Below are positions 21,612 through 32,265 of a DNA stretch of 64,000 nucleotides, in pieces (positions within the stretch are counted from its first letter, which is position 1; each line of letters begins with the position of its first letter). This DNA is from an uncultured delta proteobacterium. Lineage in GTDB: Bacteria; Myxococcota; Myxococcia; Myxococcales; Anaeromyxobacteraceae. The stretch is from assembly GCA_963766715.1 (NCBI GenBank), contig CAVYBH010000015.1, positions 96,001 to 160,000 of the forward strand. Reading direction: 5' to 3'. A program made the position numbers and the translations under genes. The notes under the pieces are model-generated. The model had not been told where the DNA came from. It saw only the letters and a program-made list of their open reading frames with translations, and made no database searches.

Positions 21612-22781
21612 AGGCGCTGCGCATCGGCATCGCCTGCTTCCCGACGGTGGGCGGCAGCGGCGTGGTCGCCTCCGAGCTCGCCACCCACCTCGGTCGGCGC
21701 GGCCACCAGGTCCACGTCTTCTCCTCGAAGGTCCCGTTCCGCCTGGCCCGGGGGGAGCCGCGCGTCGAGGTGCACGTCGTCGATCCGCAGCGGCGCCCGC
21801 CCCTGGAGAACGACGCGTACTCGCACGCGCTCGCGGGCGCCATGGCGGAGGTGGCGGTCACGGGCGGGCTCGACGTCCTGCACGTGCACTACGCCCTGCC
21901 CCACGCGCCCAGCGCGCTGGCCGCGCGCCAGATCGTCCAGGCCGGCGGGCGGAGGGCCCCGCGGCTCGTCACCACCCTCCACGGCACCGACGTGACGAAC
22001 GTCGGGGAGGACCCGGCGCTGCGGATGGTCACCCGCCACGCCGTGCTGTCGAGCGACGTCGTGACCACGCCCTCCGCCTGGCTGCGGGAGGCGGCCCTCG
22101 GGAACCTCGAGCTTCCTGCCGGCACGCGGATCGAGGTGGTCCCGAACTTCGTCGACCTGGAGGCCTTCCACCCCTCGCCGGACCGCCCGGACCTGCGCGC
22201 GCTGTTCCCGCGGGAGCGATGGGACGGCGCGGAGCGTCCCGGCGTCCTGCTGCACGCCTCGAACTTCCGGAAGCTGAAGCGGGTCGGCGACGCGGTGACC
22301 GCCCTCGCGGAGTTGGTCCGGACCCGTCCCGCGGTGCTCGTGCTGGTCGGGCGACGGCCCCGAGCGGGCGAGCGTCGAGGAGCTGGCCGCGTCCCTCGGG
22401 CTCTCCGGCCGCGTCGCCTTCCTGGGGGAGCGCCCCGATCTCGGGCCGCTCTTCTCCCAGGCCGACCTCTTCCTGCTCCCCAGCGATCAGGAGAGCTTCG
22501 GGCTCGCTGCGCTCGAGGCGCTCGCGTCGGGCGTTCCCGTGGTGGCGAGCCGCGTGGGTGGGCTCCCCGAGGTCGTGGTCGACGGCACGACCGGCCTGCT
22601 GGTCCCGCCCCACGCGCCCCACGCCCTCGCGGCCGCCGTCCTGGAGCTCCTGGGCGACGAGCCGCGCCGGACGGCCATGGGGCGGGCGGCGCGCGAGGAC
22701 GCGGCCACCCGCTTCCGGCCGGAGCCGGTGGTGGATCGCTACGAGGCGATCTACCGCGAGGCCGCCGAGCGCTGGGACTGA
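21608..22781 (+). CDS. bshA: N-acetyl-alpha-D-glucosaminyl L-malate synthase BshA (frameshift ~22351)
   Basis: IGIACFPTVGGSGVVASEL, LHVHYALPHA, TTLHGTDVT, HASNFRKLKR, ESFGLAALEA. Confidence 0.94.
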
Positions 22782-22782
22782 G

Positions 22783-23634
22783 CTACTTCTTCCAGTCGGC
22801 GATGGCCTTCGCGATGTCGTCGGCGAGCGGGAAGCTCTGCGACTTCTTCCCGAGCTCCTGGCTGCGCTCGGCCACCTTCACGGCCTCCGCCTTCTTGCCC
22901 GAGGCGGCGAGCAGCTGCGCCTTCACCCACAGGTTGTACCACTCCTCCTTCAGGCCGATGGACCGGTCGACGAGCTGCATCGCGAGCGCCGGCTCGGTCT
23001 TCGACTCGAGCAGGTAGCGGGCCGCGTTCGCGTAGGGGCGCCAGTCGTCGGACTTCAGGGACTGGATGGCGGAGAGCACGGCCGCGCGGGTGGCGACCTC
23101 GAACTTCACTCCCACGCGGAGCGTGTCCCACTCGAGCGCGAGCGTGCCGCCGTCGTCGTTGAAGTCGAGGATCTCGAACGCCAGGTGCTCGCGCGCCGGG
23201 ATGGCCGTCGCCGTGGCCGGGACGCGCAGGAGGTCGTTCTCCGGCTTGTAGTCGTAGGCGCCCCAGAGCTTCGTGTCCTTGTTGAGGATGAAGGTCCAGC
23301 CGGCCTTGGTGGGCAGCAGGAAGAGGCAGTAGGTGCCCGCCGGGACGGCCTTCCCGCCGATGGTGGCCGCGGTCGAGAGCGTGAGCTTCGAGCACTCGTT
23401 GGCGCCGGCCCGCCACACCTCGTCGAAGGGAACGACGTCGCCCCAGATCTTCCGCCCCTTCACGGCCGGGCTCGAGTAGGTGACGGTGACGTCGGTGAGC
23501 CCGACCGTCTGCTTCACCGTCGCGTTCGGGCTGGGCTTCGGGAGCACGAGCTTGGGCGGCTCCTGGGCCGCCGTGCTTCCGCAGACGAGGGCTCCGGCGA
23601 GGGCGACGAGGGCGAGGCGGGAAGGAGCGTTCAT
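22783..23634 (-). CDS. Secreted DUF2911-like protein with TPR-like C-terminus
   Basis: PSPNATVKQTVGLTDVTVTYSSPAVKGRKIWG, WRAGANE, GTYCLF. Confidence 0.82.
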   Translation of the reverse strand: MNAPSRLALVALAGALVCGSTAAQEPPKLVLPKPSPNATVKQTVGLTDVTVTYSSPAVKGRKIWGDVVPFDEVWRAGANECSKLTLSTAATIGGKAVPAGTYCLFLLPTKAGWTFILNKDTKLWGAYDYKPENDLLRVPATATAIPAREHLAFEILDFNDDGGTLALEWDTLRVGVKFEVATRAAVLSAIQSLKSDDWRPYANAARYLLESKTEPALAMQLVDRSIGLKEEWYNLWVKAQLLAASGKKAEAVKVAERSQELGKKSQSFPLADDIAKAIADWKK

Positions 23635-23724
23635 TCGTTCTCCGGGGTTGGGGTCGGCTGGCGCGGCGCAGACATAAGCGGCTCGCGGACCGACTTCAGT
23701 CCTTCCCGCCTCGAGGCCTGGCGG

Positions 23725-26373
23725 TCAGCGGGGCGGCGCCGCGGGCGCCACGGCCACCATCGGGATGTCGCCGAGGTCGACGGGCGCATCCGGCCGGGCC
23801 CGTGCGGTGACGGTGACGGGCGAGTAGCCCAGGGCCGCGGCGCTGACCTGGTGGTCGCCCTCGGACGTGATCCGCGTGAAACGGCCGGTCGCGCCGACCC
23901 CGTAGCGGCGGGAGGCGGTCCCGTCGACGAGGACGCGCGCCCGCGTCAGCGCCTTCCCGGTGGCGGCGTCGACGAGGCGGCCGGTCACCGTGCACGCCGG
24001 CGAGAGCAGGACCTCGACCGCCTTCGACTCCCCTGCCCCGGCCGAGACCTGCGCGTCCCCCACCCGGCCGTCGGCGGTCTTCACGTGAAGCGCGATCTGA
24101 CCCGGGGCGACGTCGTCGAGGTCGAAGGTGGCGTTCGCGAACTGCTGCTCCGAGGAGCCTCCGGGCAGGAAGGTGCGCTGGCTCACCGTGACGCCGAAGG
24201 ACTCCGGCGCGGGCTCGCCCAGGAGCCGCCCGTGGAGGCTCGCCGCGGGCTGGAGCTGGATCAACGCGTCGGCGACGGGCGGGGTGACCGTGGCGCTGCC
24301 CGTCCGCCCGCCGATTCGCGCGTTCACCTGGACCGGTGCGGACGCGGCGGACGACAGCGAGAAGGCGCCCTCCGGGTCGGTCTGGGTGGCCTGGAAACCC
24401 GAACCGGGCGAGCCGATCCAGACGGCGGCGCCGATGGCCGGGGCCGCGCCCGGCTCGAGCACGTGACCCGACACCGTCGGCGGGGGGTCGGCGGGAAGGA
24501 CCAGGTTCGCCAGGACGCGCTGACCCGCCGCGAGCTGGACCGTGGCGAGCGCGGCGGGGCGACCCGCGAAGCGGAACGTGCCGCCGGGCCGGATGGCGTG
24601 GACCCCGTAGGAACCGGGCGCCAGGGCGAGGAGATAGGCCCCGTTCGCGTCGGACGTGATCTGGCGCGCCTCGCCCGGTCGGGGCGGTCCGCTCCCGGTG
24701 GTGGTCCACACCATCGCGCCGGGCACCGGGTCTCCCACGGCGTCGAGGACCGCGCCCGAGACCACTCCGCCCTCCGAGAGGACCAGGTCGACGCTGGTGG
24801 TCTCTCCTTCCTCGACCGCGACCACGTTCACCGCGGCGGGCGACCCGAGGTCGCGGCGACCGCTCACGCGGAGCTGGCCTGGCGTGACCCCCTCGATCCG
24901 GAACCGGCCGCTCGAGTCGGTCCGGGCGGCGACCGCGGCGGCCTGGCCTGCGGCTCCTCCGCCTCCTGCGCCCCCGCCCCAGGCCCCGGGCCCGGCGCCC
25001 CGGCCCCACGGACCGTCGGCCGCGACCAGCGCCCCGCTCACCGGGAGCCCCTCCGTGTCGGTCACCGTTCCCTCCAGGACCGACGGCGGGACGAGCGTGA
25101 CGTCGAGGCGGAAGCGATCGCCTTGGCGGAGGTTCACTGCCGGGACCTGGGCGTTCCCGTGGCCGGTCGCGGAGATTGAGACCGCGTGGAGGCCCGGCAG
25201 GAGCCCCGTGAGCTCGTAGCTCCCGTCGGCCCGGGACGTCGTCCGGGCCGGATTCGCCGCGTCGCCCTGGAAGGCGACGGAGACCGACGCTCCTCGAACG
25301 GGACCCTTCGCCGAGCCGACGACTCCGGAGATCGAGGCCGCGGGCCCGAGCGCGATCTCGACGCCGCGCACGGTGGCTCCAGCGGCCACGGGGAGGACCC
25401 TGCCGGCCGAGCCGGTCTCGGCCCCGTGCCGGGCGAAGGCGCGGTGAAGCCCCGGCTCGACGTCGGCCGCAAACCCGCCGCCCGGCCCCGCCTCGACGAC
25501 CACCGGCTCTCCCGCCCCCATCACGGTGACCGTCGCCCCCGGCGCCGGCCGGCCGTCCCGCGTGACCGTTCCCTCGACGGTTCCGGCCGCCCCGAGGTCG
25601 ATGCGAAGCTCGGAGCCGTGCGGCACCGCCACGTCGTGCCGGTGACCGGCCGCGTGCCCCTCTGCGCGCGCCTCCACCTCGAAGCGCCCCGGCTGCAGGC
25701 CGGCGATGCGGAACTCCCCGCGCTCGTTCGAACTCGCGGTGGCGCGCTCCTCCGGAGGGAGCTCGAGCCTTCGCAGCCCGGCGCCGCGCCGGACGGGCGT
25801 GGCCACCACGGTCGCGAAGGGCACGGGTTCGCCGCCCTTCCTCTCGACCGTGCGGCCAGCCAGGGTGGCCGCCGCGGCGAGCTTCAGCTCGACGGGGGTC
25901 CTGGGCTCCCCGGCGGGCCGGACCGCCTCCACGAAGCCTCGCGCGAGACCCGGCGCCGACGCGACGACCAGGTACGATCCCGCGGCAGCCGCGAGGAAGA
26001 CGGTCCCGTCGGGCCCGCTCTGTCCCGCGCCCGCCGGCCTCCATCCCGCCGCACCGGGCGCATCCGCCCGATTGTAGAGCCGGATCTCGGCGCCCGGGAC
26101 GGGGCCGCCGGTGGCGCTCACCAGGACCTGGAATCCCCCGTCCTCGGTCGGGTTCCCGGGGGCGGCGATGGCCGGATCCGGAATCTTCCCTGCCGCAGGG
26201 TCCGCCGTCCTGGCCACGGCGGCGGCGGGCGAACCCGGCTCGGATGCCGGCGTCCTGGCCCCCGGACCGTGGTGGCCCGTCGCCAGGAAGTACCCGGCGA
26301 GCACGAGCGCCACGACGACGACCGCGACCGCGAGGATCGGCAACGCTTTCCGGGTGCGCATCCGGCGTAGCAA
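23725..26373 (-). CDS. Membrane-anchored protein with tandem carboxypeptidase-regulatory-like (prealbumin-fold) repeats
   Basis: N-terminal TM, repeated GxV..G.PV.GA.V and TD..G.F...GL.PG.Y units. Confidence 0.8.
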   Translation of the reverse strand: MLRRMRTRKALPILAVAVVVVALVLAGYFLATGHHGPGARTPASEPGSPAAAVARTADPAAGKIPDPAIAAPGNPTEDGGFQVLVSATGGPVPGAEIRLYNRADAPGAAGWRPAGAGQSGPDGTVFLAAAAGSYLVVASAPGLARGFVEAVRPAGEPRTPVELKLAAAATLAGRTVERKGGEPVPFATVVATPVRRGAGLRRLELPPEERATASSNERGEFRIAGLQPGRFEVEARAEGHAAGHRHDVAVPHGSELRIDLGAAGTVEGTVTRDGRPAPGATVTVMGAGEPVVVEAGPGGGFAADVEPGLHRAFARHGAETGSAGRVLPVAAGATVRGVEIALGPAASISGVVGSAKGPVRGASVSVAFQGDAANPARTTSRADGSYELTGLLPGLHAVSISATGHGNAQVPAVNLRQGDRFRLDVTLVPPSVLEGTVTDTEGLPVSGALVAADGPWGRGAGPGAWGGGAGGGGAAGQAAAVAARTDSSGRFRIEGVTPGQLRVSGRRDLGSPAAVNVVAVEEGETTSVDLVLSEGGVVSGAVLDAVGDPVPGAMVWTTTGSGPPRPGEARQITSDANGAYLLALAPGSYGVHAIRPGGTFRFAGRPAALATVQLAAGQRVLANLVLPADPPPTVSGHVLEPGAAPAIGAAVWIGSPGSGFQATQTDPEGAFSLSSAASAPVQVNARIGGRTGSATVTPPVADALIQLQPAASLHGRLLGEPAPESFGVTVSQRTFLPGGSSEQQFANATFDLDDVAPGQIALHVKTADGRVGDAQVSAGAGESKAVEVLLSPACTVTGRLVDAATGKALTRARVLVDGTASRRYGVGATGRFTRITSEGDHQVSAAALGYSPVTVTARARPDAPVDLGDIPMVAVAPAAPPR

Positions 26374-26498
26374 ACACCAAGGCGCCGGAGAAGGACCCCG
26401 GGTTCATGCTTCTTCACACGCGAGGAAACGAAGAGAGGCGACGCCGTTGGGCGCCGCCTCCCTACTTCGGGCCCCCGCCCGCTCTGCAATCCCTTGGG

Positions 26499-26914
26499 CT
26501 ACTCCTTGCGCTTCGCCTCGATCTCCTTCTTCAGCGACTCCAGCGCCGCTTCCCCGGCCTTCGACTCCTCCACCTTCTCGTCGGTGGCCTTCCCGGTGAA
26601 GTGCGCGGCGCCGGGCGCCCAGCCCGGGGTGACCGTCGCGGCCAGGTCCTTCGCCGACCGGTTGAAAGCGCCGGTGACGCCGCCGACCATGGTCTTCGCC
26701 GTCAGGTACAGGCCGATGAAGGGGAGGAACACCACCATGAGGCCGCCGAGCACCGGCATCAGCGCCAGCGCCGCCGCCGTGTTCACCTTCACGTAGTGCT
26801 CCGAAGACTTGCCGGGCAGCCGCTCGCCGTCGCGCGCGATGGGAAGATCTCCCAGTTGCTCTTGGAGAGGTAGTAGCCACCGGGAACCGCGCTGCCGCCG
26901 TTGATCGTCTTCAT
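26499..26914 (-). CDS. Hypothetical membrane protein (frameshift ~26840)
   Basis: MKTINGGSAVPGGYYL...PVLGGLMVVFLPFIG...KKEIEAKRKE; RBS AAAGGGAG; high-GC3 codons. Confidence 0.7.
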
Positions 26915-27175
26915 TTGGTATCTCCCTTTCTGAAGACGACTCTGCTCCTTCCCGCGCTCCTTCGATATTGGGAGCAATACCCAGCCCGCCGAGTACGAAT
27001 CCCGATCTCCCCTCCGGAAAACTCCCCAACCCGGATGGGTGCAATCGCCTGCCCGCTTCCCGGGCGCGCGCTGCATTCGCGTCGGGCGTTCCGCGTCCAG
27101 GGAAGCGGAAACGACCGGGATCCTCGTTGCCGCGCACTGGAAGGCCCGGCCCGCTCGTTGCAGTCGGGTCACGGT

Positions 27176-27514
27176 GTGAAACTCATCCAGGCGATCGTGA
27201 GACCGTTCAAGCTGGACCAGGTGACCCAGGAACTCCACGAGGTGGGCGTCGCGGGCCTCACCGTCTCGGAGGTGAAGGGTTACGGCCGGCAACTCGGGCA
27301 CAAGGAGCTCTATCGCGGCGCGGAATACGCGATCGAGTTCAATCCGAAGGTGATGCTCGAGGTGGCCGTTCCCGACGAGCTCGCCACCCGGGTCGTCGAC
27401 GCGCTGGTTCGCGCCTCGCAGACCGGCAGCATCGGCGACGGGAAGATCTTCGTCGTGCCGCTCGAGGAGGCGGTCCGGGTGCGGAGCGCCGAGCGAGGAG
27501 ACACGGCGCTCTAG
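27176..27514 (+). CDS. glnB: P-II nitrogen regulatory protein (112 aa)
   Basis: KLIQAIVRPFKLD, GYGRQ, LYRGAEY, TGSIGDGKIFV; glnB versus glnK cannot be decided from sequence. Confidence 0.93.
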   Translation: MKLIQAIVRPFKLDQVTQELHEVGVAGLTVSEVKGYGRQLGHKELYRGAEYAIEFNPKVMLEVAVPDELATRVVDALVRASQTGSIGDGKIFVVPLEEAVRVRSAERGDTAL

Positions 27515-27571
27515 AGGGCGCGTCGCGAGCAGCCGGCGTACCTCCGGAGCGTCGGGGTGCACCGATCGCGG

Positions 27572-27823
27572 TCAGGTCGTCGCGCTCACGTGGCGCAGGA
27601 GCGCACGCTCGTAGGCGAGCCGCAGGGCCTCGCGGAAGAGCTGGTAGCGCTCGCGCTCGTGGAGCCGCTTGCAGAGTCGGAGGATCTCGCCGACCTCGGC
27701 GGCGAAGCGCTCCGAGATCTCCTCCCGCCGCGATTCGACGACGTCCTCCTGCATCTGCAGGCCGAAGAACGAGAACAGGGTGGGCAGGTCTCTCGTCTGG
27801 ATCGCTCGAATGGCTCGTCCCAT
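27572..27823 (-). CDS. Hypothetical protein (83 aa)
   Basis: MGRAIRAIQTRDL...; RBS AGGAGG before the ATG. Confidence 0.6.
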   Translation of the reverse strand: MGRAIRAIQTRDLPTLFSFFGLQMQEDVVESRREEISERFAAEVGEILRLCKRLHERERYQLFREALRLAYERALLRHVSATT

Positions 27824-28075
27824 GGCTGCCTCCTGGGAGGACCGTTGCGCATTTCGTGCCAGGCGGCCGGCGGCGCGGAACTCCTTGAAGTGACGCGGTT
27901 CGTGGCCTCCTTCACCCCGGCGCGCCCCGCGGCCGCCCCTCCGCCGGCGCCCGGGTTCCAGCCCGGCTGCTCGGATCGGGGGCACCCGTTGGTGGATTGC
28001 AGGGGGCGTCGGCGGAGGCGGATCATGGACCCCGCTCCGGAGACCTGCGCCGGCCGGGGCCGGGGGAGGCGCACG

Positions 28076-29678
28076 ATGAACGTCCTTCTGGTCTGTCCGG
28101 AATACCCGGACACGTTCTGGTCCTTCAAGCACGCCCTTCGATTCTCTCCAAGGGGGCCGGGCAGCCTCCGCTGGGTCTCCTGACGGTCGCCGCCCTCCTC
28201 CCCGCCGGCTGGAAGAAGCGGCTCGTCGACCTCAACGTCCGGCCCCTCACCTCCGAGGATCTGGCCTGGGCGGACCAGGTCTTCCTGGGCGGCATGGCGA
28301 TCCAGGCCGACTCGGCCCGGAAGGTGATCGCGCGCTGCAACGAGGCGGGGGTCCCGGTGGTCGCCGGAGGCCCGCTCTTCACCGCCCGTCACCACGAGTT
28401 CACGGGGGTGGACCACTTCGTCCTGAACGAGGCGGAGCTGACCCTTCCGCCCTTCCTCGAGGACCTCCGCCACGGACGGGCGAAGCCGCTCTACACGGCC
28501 ACCGGATGGGCGGACCTGACCACCACGCCCATGCCGATGTGGGAGCTCGTCGATCCGCGGGACTACGCCACCCTGAACATCCAGTACTCGCGCGGCTGCC
28601 CCTACGACTGCGAGTTCTGCGACATCACCGTCCTCTTCGGCCACGCGCCGCGCACCAAGTCGGCCGACCAGGTGATCGCCGAGATGGAGGCCGTCCTCCG
28701 GACCGGGTGGCGGGGCCACCTGTTCTTCGTCGACGACAACTTCATCGGGAACCGGGCCAAGCTGAAGAAGGAGGTCCTTCCCCGGATCATCGGCTGGATG
28801 GAGGAGCACGGGCACCCGTTCTCCCTGGGCACGGAGGCGTCCCTCAACCTCTCCGACGACCCGGAACTGCTGGAGATGATGGCGCGGGCGGGCTTCGAGG
28901 AGGTCTTCGTCGGGATCGAGACCCCGAACGTGGAGAGCCTGGAGGAGTGCAAGAAGACCCCGAACCGGAACCGCGACCTCCTCGCGAGCGTCCGCACCCT
29001 CCAGCGGTCGGGGCTCCAGGTCCAGGCCGGGTTCATCGTCGGGTTCGACAGCGACCCTCCGCTCGTCTTCGACGACCTGATCCGGTTCATCGAGGAGAGC
29101 GGGATCGTGGTCGCCATGGTCGGGCTCCTGAACGCCCCCATCAACTCGCGGCTGCACCAGCGCCTGGGAAAGGAGAACCGGCTGCTCCACTCCTTCTCGG
29201 GGAACAACACCGACTTCTCGATGAACTTCGTTCCCCGGATGGACCTGGACGCGCTCCTGGGCGGGTACAAGCGGGTCGTGGCGACCCTCTATTCACCCAG
29301 GGCGTACTACCGGAGGGTGAAGGGCTTCCTCCAGGGCCACCGAGCCGCCCGGGCGCCACCACGCGCCCGTCGGGATCGCCCAGGTCCGGGCGCTCCTGCG
29401 TCGATGCTGCTCCTGGGCGTGGTGGAGAGGGGCGTCTCGACTACTGGAAGCTCTTCTTCTGGTCCCTCCTTCGCCGCCCGCGGCAGTTCTCGACGGCGAT
29501 CACGCTCTCCGTCTATGGATTTCACTTCCGCCGGGTGTTCGAGCTCCACGGGCAGGGGGCCGGACCCGGGACGACTGATTCCGCTGACGGTTCGCCGGAG
29601 CCCGGTTATGCCGCCCCGGTCGAACTCCTTCGAGGCCCCGGGGGCACATGCCGACGATCGTCTACGAAGCCGTGCTGA
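28076..29678 (+). CDS. B12-binding radical SAM protein (DUF4070-type C-terminus), frameshifted; end approximate
   Basis: YPDTFWSFKHAL, PPLGLLTVAA, RGCPYDCEFC (CxxxCxxC), FVDDNFIG, GFIVGFD. Confidence 0.9.
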
Positions 29679-30121
29679 TGCGCGACTACCTGGTGGACCA
29701 GGCCCCGGCGCTCACCGGCGAGGAGGTCTGGACCTACCTCGCCGTCCTCACGCGGCTGGCGTCGTTCGACGGCGTGACCCGGGACGAGGTGCGGTTCATC
29801 GGGCGCGCGGCGGCGTCCCTGGGGCTCCCGCCCGACGCCGCCCGCAACGCCCACCGGATCGTCGTCGATCGGGCGATCCCCACGGAGAAGCTGGTCGAGC
29901 GCATCGCGGACCCGGGGCTGCGGCTCTGCCTCCTGCGCGACGCCTATCGCCTGGCCGCCGCCGACGAGCGATTCACCGAGTCCGAGCTCGGCGAGCTCGA
30001 GCGGATCGCGCGCGCGCTGGCGATCTCCTCCGACACCGCGGCCGGGGTCCGGAACGTGGCCCAGGAGGAGGCGCGGCTGCAGCGCGAGTTCGCCAGGCTG
30101 GTGCGGGAAGCCCGCGCCTGA
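29648..30121 (+). CDS. TerB-like protein
   Basis: Two A..DG/DE...E helical repeats (LASFDGVTRDE, LAAADERFTESE). Confidence 0.65.
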   Translation: MPTIVYEAVLMRDYLVDQAPALTGEEVWTYLAVLTRLASFDGVTRDEVRFIGRAAASLGLPPDAARNAHRIVVDRAIPTEKLVERIADPGLRLCLLRDAYRLAAADERFTESELGELERIARALAISSDTAAGVRNVAQEEARLQREFARLVREARA

Positions 30122-30124
30122 GGG

Positions 30125-30661
30125 CTACTTCGCCCGGGACGGCAGCCTGAGGGTCTCGCCCGCCACCATGAACCGGCCCCGGCCCTGGTGGTGGAGCGTC
30201 CTCGGCTCCTTCCGCGAGTGGTCCACCCAGGCCTTCACGACCTCCAGGACGAACAGGCAGTACCTTGCGACCATCCGGGTGTCGACGACCTTGCACTCGA
30301 GGCTGGCGTAGCACTCGTCGAGGAGGGGAGCGCGGACCTGGGAGGCTGGCGCGGCCGTGAGCCCGATCGTCCGGAGCTTGTCGCCCTTCCGCCCGGACGT
30401 GTTCCCGCACCGCACGACCTTCGAGGCCAGCTCCACGGTGGGGATGTTGATGACGCACTCCCTGGACGATCGGAGCAGCCCGAAGGAGAAGTTCCGGTTG
30501 CTCACCACGCAGGCCAGGAGCGGGGGCTCGAACTCGAGCATCGTCTGCCAGGACATGGCCATGACGTTCGTCCGGCCGCGGAAGGCGGTGGTGACCAGCG
30601 TGACGGGCCCGGGCTCGAGAAGGCCGTAGACCTTCGACAGCGGAAACGATCGCTTGGCCAC
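30125..30661 (-). CDS. Flavin reductase family protein
   Basis: LLEPGPVTLVTT, ECVINIP, CGNTSGR, ECYASLECKV. Confidence 0.9.
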   Translation of the reverse strand: MAKRSFPLSKVYGLLEPGPVTLVTTAFRGRTNVMAMSWQTMLEFEPPLLACVVSNRNFSFGLLRSSRECVINIPTVELASKVVRCGNTSGRKGDKLRTIGLTAAPASQVRAPLLDECYASLECKVVDTRMVARYCLFVLEVVKAWVDHSRKEPRTLHHQGRGRFMVAGETLRLPSRAK

Positions 30662-30766
30662 GGCGCACCCCCCTGGAGGAGTCGGCGCAGTCACCGATCG
30701 CTTACGCCCCGCCTCGGCCGTGCCGCGCGGAGCCCCGGCCGGCATCTTCGGCGGCGGAGGTGGCCG

Positions 30767-31037
30767 ATGCCACGATGGGTGATCGAGCGGGACATCGCAG
30801 GACTCGGAAAGCTGTCCCCGGGGAGTTGAAGGCCGCCTCGCAGAAGTCGTGCGCGGTCCTGAACGAGCTGGGGCCGAGATCCAGTGGATCCAGAGCTACG
30901 TCACCGACGACAAGATGTACTGCGTGTACGTCGCGCCCGACGAGGCGACGGTCCGGAAGCACGCCGAGATGGGCGGCTTCCCCGCCAACAGGGTGTCGCG
31001 CGTGCGGACGACGATCGACCCGACCACGGCGGAGTAG
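30767..31037 (+). CDS. DUF4242-family small protein (frameshifted)
   Basis: MPRWVIERDI, QWIQSYVTDDKMYCVYVAPDE, HAEMGGFPANRVS. Confidence 0.82.
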
Positions 31038-31043
31038 GGTCGC

Positions 31044-32063
31044 CTACGTCAGCTCGAAGGTGAGCTCGCCGAGCCTGGCCAGGCTGCAGGCGAGCTTGTC
31101 GCCGGCCTTCAGCCAGACCCGCTTGTCGGGCGGCTTCCCCTGGATGACGCCCTCGGGCGTGCCGGTGAAGATGATGTCCCCGGGCTCGAGGGTGAGGATG
31201 CGGGAGATGTAGCTCACCATCTGCCGGCTATTGAAGATGAAGTCGCTCGTGTGGGACGACTGCCGTGTCTCGCCGTTCACCCGGCACTCGATGGCGAGAT
31301 CGTCCGGGTCGACCTGGTCGGCGGTCACGAGATACGGACCGAGCGGCGCGAACTGGTCCGGCGTCTTGCCCGGCAGCCACTGGCCGCCGGTCTCGAACTG
31401 GAGATCGCGCGCGGTGAAGTCGTTGCCGGTGCAGTAGCCGGCCACGTGGGTCAGGGCGTCCGCCTCCGTCACCCGCTTCGCCTGGCGCCCCATGACGATG
31501 ACGAGCTCGACCTCGTAGTCGAAGTTCTTCGCGACGTCGACGGGCAGCTGGATGGTCCCGCGGTGGGCGTTCAGCGTGTTGTTGAACTTGGCGAAGAGCA
31601 CCGGCTGCTTCGGGATGGGCTGCTTCACCTCCTCGGCGTGCTTCTTGTAGTTCAGGCCGACGCAGACGATCTTGCCCGGCCGGCTCACGAGCGGCCCGTA
31701 GCGGATGGCGCTCTCCGCGATCAGGGCCTTCTTCGCCGCCGGCGACCTCGCTGCCGCCGCCACCAGCGCCTCGAGCCTGGGGCCGTCCTCGTTCTGGAGC
31801 AGCTCGTCCATCGTGGTGGGCGCGGCCATCCGGAGGAGCGCCGCGGCCTGCTTCACGTCCAGGACCCCGGCTTCTGTCTTCACCCCGAGGCGAAGCTCGT
31901 CTCCCTGCCGGAAGGTGAGGAGCGTGAGGCCGCGCGCCATGCCTTTCGGTCCACGCGGAGGGGGCGCCTTCTCGGCTGCCCGGGCCTCGCCCGCGCCCGT
32001 CGTCGCCACGGCGACGCCCGCAACGCCGGCCACCTGGAGGAAGCGTCTCCGGTCCATGACCAT
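31044..32063 (-). CDS. Fumarylacetoacetate hydrolase family protein with Tat signal
   Basis: [36 protein letters not shown]-terminal DRRRFLQ...ARA. Confidence 0.9.
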   Translation of the reverse strand: MVMDRRRFLQVAGVAGVAVATTGAGEARAAEKAPPPRGPKGMARGLTLLTFRQGDELRLGVKTEAGVLDVKQAAALLRMAAPTTMDELLQNEDGPRLEALVAAAARSPAAKKALIAESAIRYGPLVSRPGKIVCVGLNYKKHAEEVKQPIPKQPVLFAKFNNTLNAHRGTIQLPVDVAKNFDYEVELVIVMGRQAKRVTEADALTHVAGYCTGNDFTARDLQFETGGQWLPGKTPDQFAPLGPYLVTADQVDPDDLAIECRVNGETRQSSHTSDFIFNSRQMVSYISRILTLEPGDIIFTGTPEGVIQGKPPDKRVWLKAGDKLACSLARLGELTFELT

Positions 32064-32265
32064 CCTTGCTGGCTCCCCGAGGGAGCCGTTGGATACCCGG
32101 ACGGAGACTCTATCGTCGGGCATGCCGGATTTCCCGACGCGGCGCGCCACTTCCGGGTCGCGCGACCACGCGCTTCATCGAACTTCACGCCGTTCGAGGA
32201 AGCCGGGGCGTTTCGAGAGGTTAGAGTGGGGGAACGGCATCGGGGAACTCGTTGGAGGAGCAAGC

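Noticed and set aside
15523..21861. 2112-aa minus-strand ORF and other giant ORFs (16086-19994, 22219-25179, 50374-54180)
   Set aside because: R/A/G/P-rich shadow frames of real genes in high-GC DNA; no domain motifs of their own.
30824..30829. In-frame TGA in the DUF4242 gene as selenocysteine
   Set aside because: Homology continues in a different frame (ELKAASQKSC), so it is an indel, not read-through.
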